Assembly (NCBI GenBank): GCA_001600695.1
Contig: BCKQ01000012.1
Coordinates: 313,779 to 357,528, forward strand
Source of the DNA: Ascoidea asiatica JCM 7603
Lineage: Eukaryota; Fungi; Ascomycota
Direction: 5' to 3'
DNA length: 43,750 bases
Part shown: in pieces, positions 35,677-43,750 of the stretch
Layout: each line of letters begins with the position of its first letter
Position numbering within the stretch: the stretch's first letter is position 1
Made by a program: the position numbers and the translations under genes
Notes under the pieces: generated by a model
Databases searched by the model: none
The model's input: the letters and a program-made list of their open reading frames with translations, nothing else
Told to the model about the DNA's origin: nothing

Positions 35677-37378
35677 ATTTTGTTTTATTTAGTTATTTTT
35701 TTTGCTCTTTTATATAATAATATTTATAAAAATATTTAATAAAATATATAAAAAGAATACCATTAAATTTATTTCACTGTTAAAAAGATATTAAATGATT
35801 TATGTTTAGGCCGGGTATGGCTGTTTTTTAGGGCATAATGTCCCGATCTTTGATTTCCAAATCGGGACGACTTGAAAAAGTAAAAAACACAAAAAAAAGT
35901 AATTTGAATCAGTTTTATTTAAAGCTCGGTTAAAATGTTGTAAAAAAAAAACATTTATGAGCTAATAAGTAAATTATAAAAATTATTAGCTAACTTTCAG
36001 GCATGAGAGTGATTATAACTTGTAAAATTAATTATTTCAAATAGAGTCTTAAACATAAACAAATGAGAACTATTGTAATACGAGGGCTAATTAGGTAAAT
36101 TTGAAATGTGTTAAAAGAATTAGTAATTAAATTAAAATGAAGTAACCTTTGAACATTAATTTACATGGTTTTTTAGACTAACAAAAAAAGGGAAAAAAAG
36201 ATTAACTAACATTTAAATATTGTGTAAATAAAGCTTTGAATAAAATTTAATAAACCACAACCCAGAAATTGTAAATAATAAAATAAAAAAATATAGATTT
36301 AAAAGTTCACAATTCAATATATTACGGCTGGTAATCTATTGTTTTAGGTTATTAATTTTAGAATAATAATATATTTTTATTACTATTATTATTGTTTCAA
36401 TTTTTTCAATTGTTTACATGATTCAAATATTTAACTTTTCAATTGTCTAAGATAAATATTTTAGATTCATTTTCAATTTTAATCACTATTTATCACCTTT
36501 TTACCTTTCTGTAGTAACAAGAATGTAAATCATCTACTGAAAGGGGTTTAAACAATGAAAAAATGTTTGAAAAACATAGTGATTACAAAAAAAATAGGCT
36601 TTTCCTACAACAATTTTTCTTAACATTTAGTTTTTTTTTAAAATTAAACAAAGAATAAAAATGAAGATTTAAATAATTTCGTAAATAAAATAGATTGAAA
36701 TTTTGTAAATTTTTTTTTTTTGCAAATAAACTGAAGATTTACAATTTTAATTTCTAGTGTTAATAGTAAATTCTTTTGGCCTTTGTCTAATAAATTTCAG
36801 TTTTCCTTAACATTTTGTTTGAATTTAATTCTGATAAAATGATTTTTTTATCAACCTCTATTTTGGAGATAAACTAAAACTAGATTTTAATTATTGAAAC
36901 TTAGGTCAATTGAATGATTTACCATGATACTTTGGATAAAGCTTTAGTGATATTATATGGGAGAGGCTGGTAGTTTATGTCCTGAGGTAAAAAAGGGATA
37001 CACGATGTAAGATTCTCAACGATCCTACTCACCAAATACGATAATCAATATCACCACGTGTCGACGAGTTAATAAATAGCAGCTCAAAATGCTTACTAGT
37101 AAAAACCAAAGGTACAACCAACGAAGTGTAACAAAAAAATGGGGGGTGATCCAAAAAATTAGATTTATTATTTTAATTTTACTGTTTAATATATTGATTT
37201 AAAATCTTTTATTGTTTATTAAGTTTTACCACTTAAAATTGCATTTTTGTTGCTTAATTAATTCAGATAAATTATAACAATAAAAAAAGAAATATAAGAG
37301 TATTTATATAAAATTCAAAGGCATGCATGTTAAAAAAAGAGTTGTTTAGATTGTACTGAAACAAGTAAAAACTAAATG

Positions 37379-37566
37379 TTGAAATTGTAAAATTGATAAA
37401 TGTAACATTTAAAGATAATTGTTGCAATTTTGAACTTAGAAATAGTAAAACTGATAAATAATTGTTGAAATTGTAAACTTGTAAATAGTAAAACTGATAA
37501 ATAATTTTTGAAATTGTAAACTTGTAAATAGTAAAACTGATAAATAATTTTTGAAACTGTAAGCTT
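37379..37566. repeat. 43-bp minisatellite, about 4.3 copies
   Basis: Unit TTGAAATTGTAAACTTGTAAATAGTAAAACTGATAAATAATTT/G starting at 37379, 37422, 37465, 37508 and 37551; leftmost copies are more diverged. Confidence 0.92.
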
Positions 37567-37995
37567 GATCTTTGGTGGTAATATTGTAGAAGCAAAATTG
37601 TTGGATTTTGAGGCTGAAAATGTGGAAGACACCACTAATTTATTTTGCCTGCAAATGATGGATATACGTGTAAGCGCATCAATTGGGCATGCTGATGCTA
37701 AACCATGGACCTATGAAACTAAAGTAGTGAAAAATGGGCAGTAGTGGTTGTTTTTATGAGAAATTTAATATTTGGATTGTGAGACTGGCCACTGGACCAA
37801 GGAGGTGTTATTATTGATTTGTAGGAGATAGTATGTAAAAACTAACATATAAGTTTGAAACAAGTTTACTGGGAGGAGATCCATAAAGATGGCATCGATT
37901 TGATAAAACAATTAAGAAAGGTTAATGGATAGGCTAGGACGAAAGATTTACCGAAATTGAAACCGTTAACGGATAAATAACAAATGGAAGTAAGT
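37560..37995 (+). pseudogene. Unidentified decayed coding sequence with intron signals
   Basis: Coding-like frame (FGGNIVEAKLLDFE...KPWTYETK...YLDCETGHWTKEVLLLICRR/YLKQVYWEEIHKDGIDLIKQLRK) with five scattered stops; GTATGT-ACTAAC-AAG at 37831-37853 and GTAAGT at 37990. Confidence 0.5.
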
Positions 37996-38554
37996 GATTT
38001 TAATTTAATTTAAATCGCTTCCCTACAACGAGATTTTACAAAGGGATGTCCCAGAAAATGGAGCAATTTCTTTCACATCGACCAAAACACGTTGTAAAAC
38101 CAGGGCAAGTCTCTAAAAATTTAAATGTAGAAAATAAAACAGCATCGGCCAAAGAAGTTTAACATGTTTTTTTTTCTTGCATTTGGTTCTAAATCAAGAG
38201 ATCCTGGTAATTACTGCTTACTTCATTATCAAAATACATATTCCTAGGATACAAATTTGTACACAAGGTAAGGCCTTCATAAAGATCTTATATCTTTCAT
38301 ATTAACTGAATAAAACATATCAAATAATTTTCATGAAATTAATGATGGTTGCACTGCCAAATCTACTGACACTCCTTTTCATAAAATTTAATTGAAGCAA
38401 ATAGCACTTTCTTCTCAGAGCTAATTCACTTATTCACGTATAAATGAGTGAGAAACAAGTTACAACTGCTGTTATTCCTATTTTAATATTAATAATTTTG
38501 TATGAGTTGAAATTTTTATACATGTGTTACATGTAATTTTTCAGATGAGCAAAC

Positions 38555-39510
38555 TGTTACCCTTTTATCAGTGTTTGGTGTGCATAGCTCTGCTCACGCA
38601 CCTCAACGTGGATATACGCTTGTGTCCTGTTCTTTTTTTGACCTCCAGCTACAACACAACGCTATAACCAACAGTAACAGTACGGGAGAGGTTCTTGTCA
38701 CAGTATGATCGACCACATTTCGGAGGTGCGGCCAGTGCGTCTGATAGTGACGCTATTGGCTTAACAAACCTGGAAGACAGTCGGTGTGTAGCTGCTTTAG
38801 TGCTTAATTTAACTCCTGGATTTATTCTAGACTCTGTGTATTTCGGTTTATCCGATTCTTAAAATCAAACTTTCAGTTTGAACAACCTAAATCTCTACTT
38901 TTGGCTAGGATTATCAAATTAGCCTCTTTAATCAAAATCGACTTCATCGGTCAGAAAAATATAAAGTTAAGCACAGCGGATATTAAAAATAAATACAAAA
39001 TCCGGGTTCAAGGATTTGACTGTGTGATTGTAGTTCGAACGAAATATCTAATTATTATTAAGAAGATATCTAATTCAAATTATAAACAATTGTTAATTAA
39101 AATATAAAATATATAAAAATTATATAAAAAATATGGGAGGTAAGTGCCCTATTTATATTAGTGGAAAATAGGAGCGGGTAACCCATATTAAGAATAAATT
39201 TGTAAATTTAGTATGTGAAAGTTCACTTCCCATACGTAAGAAAAGAAATAGAATAAAGTATTGTTCTAGAAGACACTACGTCTTTTTAAGAACAAACACG
39301 AAGATTCCAGTACATTCGAGATGCACACAGAACTTTGAAGAAAGAATAAATAATGCAGACCCAGAACGTTCTAGTACATTTAACATGCACACGGAAGTTC
39401 TGAGAACGCAATAGAATGTAGTCGTAGAACAAACTATGCAATCTTAGAAAGTCTAAGAATAGCCTAGAATATTCGAAGACAATTCTAATAAAAGAATCAA
39501 ATGATTAACA
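38555..39510 (-). repeat. Putative 3' LTR (~0.96 kb); boundaries approximate
   Basis: Bounded by TGTTA(38555)...TAACA(39510); follows the integrase end and a decayed G-rich PPT-like tract; minus-strand TATAAATAG at 39149-39157; internal ~35-bp direct repeats near 39305 and 39370. The partner LTR is outside the window, and TGTTA at 38525 is an alternative end. Confidence 0.6.
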
Positions 39511-39514
39511 ATCA

Positions 39515-42082
39515 AATAGCCCCACGTTTCCAAACCGAAGGCCCTTGAGATTTCAGTTAATCTTGATCTTTCACCATTTAGTAATTTTTTAGAATGATTG
39601 AAAAAATTTTTAATTGGATGCTTATCGTCAGTCAAAGCAGGAATTAATCTATTACCATTTACTTTATTTTTAATATCATCACCGTTTAGAGTAGAAAGTT
39701 TGTAAACATTATTATCAAAAACCTTTTTCACAATATGTGGACCATCATAATATGGTTCTAATTTGTGTTTTCTAACTCTTTGTCTTAAAACCTAATCACC
39801 TACTTCAACAACTTTAATGAATGCTTTGTCTCCTTGAAGGTTCTTTTTGGTATTTGCAATGTTCCATTTAATTTTGGAATGTTCCTTTTTTTTTTTATTT
39901 AGCTTTTGAATTTGTAAGACTCTTAATTGAGTAGCTTCTTGATCTTCGGCATCTGTAGGTTCTCTTGCATAAGGTTGCATATTATTGCTTGAACCTGAAT
40001 ATACACCAAAAGCTAAAAAGTAAGGTGAAAACCCATATTTTGACTTTCTTGACCTTTATTGAATTAATGCAGCATTGATAAGGAGGTCCCATTCTGAGGA
40101 AACATTCAAATGCAATAAAATTTGTTTGAATAAACCATTAAACTTCTCACATTTACCATTAGTCTCTGGGTGATATGGAGTGGGTTTGCGACATTTGATT
40201 CCTAAGGAATCTAATTTCTCAATAACATTATTTGCAACAACACCAGAACCATTATGCATAATTATTTCTTTCATTTGACCATGGTTAGTGACGATAGTTT
40301 GAATTTAATTTAAAACATGTAACGAGCTAGTATCTGGTGTTGCAGCAGCATAAGCATAATCTGTACCATAATCAATTGCAGTGATACAAAATTTATTTCC
40401 AGATGAAGTTTTTTGAAAAAGACCAATATAATCCATCCCCCATCTTGAGAAGGCTGTTGCACAAGGAATTGGAGTTAATGTCTTAGAAATAGCTGATGGC
40501 TTTTTCATAAGCTGACAATGAGGACAAACTCTAATAACATCTTGAAATAATAGAATACTATCAGGATGAAAGTATTTTTCATTTACCATGTTTTCTAGAT
40601 TTCCAATGGAACAGTGAGAATTTGAAAGATGAATTTTTTCAGAGGCTTCCTTAAACTTATCTTCACTTAAAACAATAGCTAAACGATCTTTGACTCTAAT
40701 ATGTAGTTCATTATCATAGAAAATAAAGTTAGCAAAGATAAATTTAGAACTCATATTTTTAGGAATTTTTTTATTTTGAAAAAATTCTTTAATTCTAATA
40801 AGATCGACTTCACACAAATCCTTAATTGATTGGATGGTTTTAATCTGAGTTTCAGTTTCATTAAGTTCATCATTAATGTCTCATTTGGTTTTTCATCAAC
40901 CAAATCAGTCCTTCTTGATAGTAAATCAGGAACCACATTTTGTTTTCCAGGCTTATATTGAATATCACAATCATAATGTTCGATGATTTCAATGAGTTTC
41001 CTAACTCTTTTTCCAGGATCTGATTTAGTTCTAATATATTGACGAGATTCATGATCGGTTCTAACAATAATTTTGCATCCTTCAATATATTTTTGAAAAT
41101 GAATCAATGAATAAACAACAGCTAAAAGTTCTCTCTCTTGAGCAGAATACTTTTGTTGTGTTTTTGAAAATTTTCTTGATTCAAAAGCAACAGGATATAA
41201 TTGGATCTTTCCAGTGTTCCCATTTTTATAGGGTTGGAGTAATACACAACCTAAAGCAAACTCAGAAGCATCAGTTTCTAAAATTGCAACTCTCTCAGGA
41301 TCAAATGCTTTTAAACCAGGAGCAGTAGTTAATGTTTGTCTCATTGATGTAAAGCATTCAATTTGAGAAGGTTTTCATTCAATTTTTGTTCCTGGTTTAG
41401 GAGACCCAACCAATAAATCTGTAAGTGGGATCATTTCTTGAGAAAAATTTGAGATAAATTTTCGGTAATATGAGCATAAGTTAATGTAACCTCTTATATC
41501 ACTAATTGATTTTTGTAATGGCCAATTTAAGATTTTCTCGATCTTTGTAGGATCAGTTTTTGATTCCTTCTGACGAAATAATATGTCCTAAAAATTTAAC
41601 TTCTTTGCAAAAGAATTTTGACTTCTTCACATTTAATTGAAGTTTTTCTGGATCTTTGTAGGATCAGTTTTGATTCCTTCTGAGGAAACAATATGTCCTA
41701 AAAATTGAACTTCTTTGCAAAAGAATTTTGACTTCTTCACATTTAATTGAAGTTTTTCTTTTTCAAGTTGAGTAAGGACCTCATTAACTTGATCAATATG
41801 ATCTGCTTTATTATGGCTGTAAATAATTATATCATCAACATAAACCATAACATAAGGTAGGTGGCCTAAAATTTTCATCATAAATGACTGAAAGGTATAA
41901 GTACCATTGACTAAGCCAAAAGGCATGACATTGAATTGATAATGACCTGAATTGGAAGAAAACGCAGTTTTAGCTTTACTATCATTATCTAAAGCAATTT
42001 GGTAATAGCCGTTTTTCATATCCAAACAAGTGAAGTATTTAGCACCATTGAGTTTATTAAGGCAAATATCTATAGATGGCAA
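39515..42082 (-). pseudogene. Fragmented RT-RNase H-integrase of the Ty3/gypsy element
   Basis: ORF fragments 41633-42082, 40751-41344, 40305-40817, 40056-40274, 39792-39980 and 39453-39731 are separated by single stops or frameshifts (e.g. KIE*KP, VGD*VL). Confidence 0.92.
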
Positions 42083-43750
42083 AGGAAAATAATGCCTAAC
42101 ACTAATAGCTTTAATTTCCTATAATCAACGCAAACTCTATAAGTTCTATCATCTTTTGGAACAAGAACTAATGGAAAGTTGCAACCACTTTTGGTTTCAG
42201 AAATTAATCCAGCTTCTAGATTTGATTTAACAAATTCATCAATGAATTTTTGTTGAAGAGGACTATAGTTGTAACTTCCAATATAAATTGGTGTTTCAGA
42301 AGTTGTTTCAATAGTGTGTTTAAACAGTCTTTCTGGAGGTAATCTTGGAGTTGAATCATTTAAGTAAGAGTATTTCTTAAGATCAAACACTTGTTCCTCA
42401 TTTGACTTTGATGTTGAGACATAAAATTTTTCTAATTCATCAACTGTTTCTGGACTCAAAATACACTTTTTATCTTGGTTAAAAAGCATAATTGAAAATC
42501 TATCACTACCTTTTGCACAAAATTTATGGTCGTAGAGAAATCTACTTCCAATAGTAATATCGAAAGCTTTTGTTGAACTTTCTGGCAAAACAACACATTT
42601 AATGTCAATTAAACCAAAGTTTTCAATGAATAGTGGTAAAATGACATCATTCTTGACTATCATTGTCCCTGTAAAGCCATGGATTGTTGAAGGCTTACGC
42701 TGTAGCATTTTGATTTCCAAGCCTTTTAAGGATGATTCAAAAACATAGTTGGATTCAGCACCAGTATCGAAAAGAATTTTTATCTTTTTATCATTAACAG
42801 AAAAATTGAAATATCTATTAGGAAACTTTTTGTTGTTGGTGTTAATTAATCTAAAATGTTCATCGTCAGAAAAGGATTTTGAGGTCAGTTCCAGCTCTGA
42901 CTTTTCAGATTGGTCTTCCTCCACTCCTTCTTCAGCAATTCTGTAACTAGACTTCTTGTCATATTTGTTTTTGTATCTAGAATTGGAATTACCTTTTGAT
43001 TTTCTATTTGCAGCTTCGGTTTCAGCAATTGTTTTGTATTTTCTATACCAGAAACAAGTATTTCTGAAATGTCCTGGAAGATTACAGAAATCACAAGTTT
43101 TGGTTGTGGAACCAATTGCATTGAAGTTTTCCTTTGAGTTTGAATCAATAATTGATTCAAGATTATTGAACTTATAAATATCATTGTCAATAATAACTTC
43201 ATTTGAAACAGCTGTAAAAACATCTGTTGAACTGAACAAGTTAAGTAATTTGTTGAACAATTCAATAGTTGTTTTGGATGGAAATTTTGTTTCCCATTGA
43301 ATTTGATGAGGAAATTCATTTTTAATTTGAGAAATAATTGTTGATCTCATGAAAGTACTAGAAACAGCATTTAAAGGAACACTTTCATAAGAATTTCAAA
43401 ATCTTGTAATATAATCAACAACTTTTTCATTTTCAGAGGGTTTAATTTCTTTGAATTTTTGAATTAAAGCTCTATAATTTTGATCTGTGTCTATGCCTCC
43501 GAGAATGAAAGCACAGGCAGCGGGCCATGAAGGGTTTTTTAAACCATTTCTTGCAATGGTCCTAATGAAATTAATCCATTCTAAATTCATAGATTCTGGA
43601 ATATAGTTATAAAGATTTATACCGCATAAATCATATCTTAACCTATTCATTTTGAAGTAAGTTTCAATAGATTGTAATTTTAGAATTAATTTTCTATCTT
43701 GTCTACCTTCAATAATTAAATTTTGTTTTAATTTTGGTGGTTTTGAAGTA
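42070..43750 (-). pseudogene. gag-protease-start of RT in a single frame, interrupted by TGA at 43396-43398
   Basis: Track ORFs 43396-43650 and 42070-43350 share a frame (ITRF*NSYESVPLNAVSSTFMRST); the frame is open to the window edge. Confidence 0.85.

Larger units (their letters stand above)
38555..43750 (-). mobile_element. Degenerate Ty3/gypsy LTR retrotransposon; 5' end lies beyond the window
   Basis: Order gag (CX2CX4HX4C knuckle 43054-43095), protease (LFDTGA), RT (YRVCVDYRKL, LDMKNGYYQI, MPFGL, YVDD), RNase H (ETDASEFALG, YSAQERELLA), integrase (HHCC, WGMDYIG, NGKCEKFN, GPY/F-like EPYYDGPHIV). Many stops and frameshifts. Confidence 0.96.

Noticed and set aside
35825-35870. Helitron 3' end (hairpin plus CTRR on the minus strand)
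   Set aside because: CTAA is not followed by the expected T target base, and no Rep/helicase relic was recognised.
37050-37065. CACGTG as CDEI of a point centromere
   Set aside because: Does not match RTCACRTG and is not followed by a CDEII AT block and CDEIII.
37379-37566. CRISPR array interpretation of the 43-bp repeat, and overlapping ORFs 37272-37595 and 37372-37635
   Set aside because: Contiguous tandem units without unique spacers, eukaryotic context, no cas genes; the ORFs are by-products of the repeat.
38540-38556. CAGATGAGCAAAC resembling a hammerhead ribozyme core
   Set aside because: Both invariant boxes (CTGA, GAAA) are mismatched and flanking stems are lacking.
39780-43400. 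RIP- or APOBEC-like hypermutation from probable Trp-to-stop changes in the retrotransposon
   Set aside because: Only a few such stops, mixed with other stop types and indels; cannot be separated from general AT-biased decay without a family consensus.

Overview
Extremely AT-rich budding-yeast (Saccharomycotina) chromosomal DNA with pervasive poly-Asn tracts. The composition resembles Ascoidea-type genomes; this is inference only, and CUG decoding may be non-standard. Bases 1-35.7 kb are a compact run of recognisable genes: a partial Ser/Thr-rich secreted cell-wall protein, NBP2, HAP2, GIR2, intron-containing LTO1, MTD1, two decayed tandem SET5-like copies, GPI18, MRM1, ECT1, a Cys/His-rich orphan, a presequence-less CYB2-like flavocytochrome, two 52-aa CYSTM microproteins, SEG1, RIB4, RPA49 and SSZ1. 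The cell-wall protein, the LTO1 N-terminus, the second SET5 relic and both CYSTM genes are missed by the ORF track. From about 35.7 kb to the end there is no intact gene: coding relics, a 43-bp minisatellite and a degenerate minus-strand Ty3/gypsy element with its putative 3' LTR. The most notable points are an in-frame TAA in NBP2 upstream of its apparently conserved C-terminal motif (readthrough, weak 39-nt intron, or lesion), the CYSTM pair, a 23-nt intron-like element that restores a reading frame, and a structured GC island between convergent genes. All homology calls are from recalled motifs, not database searches.
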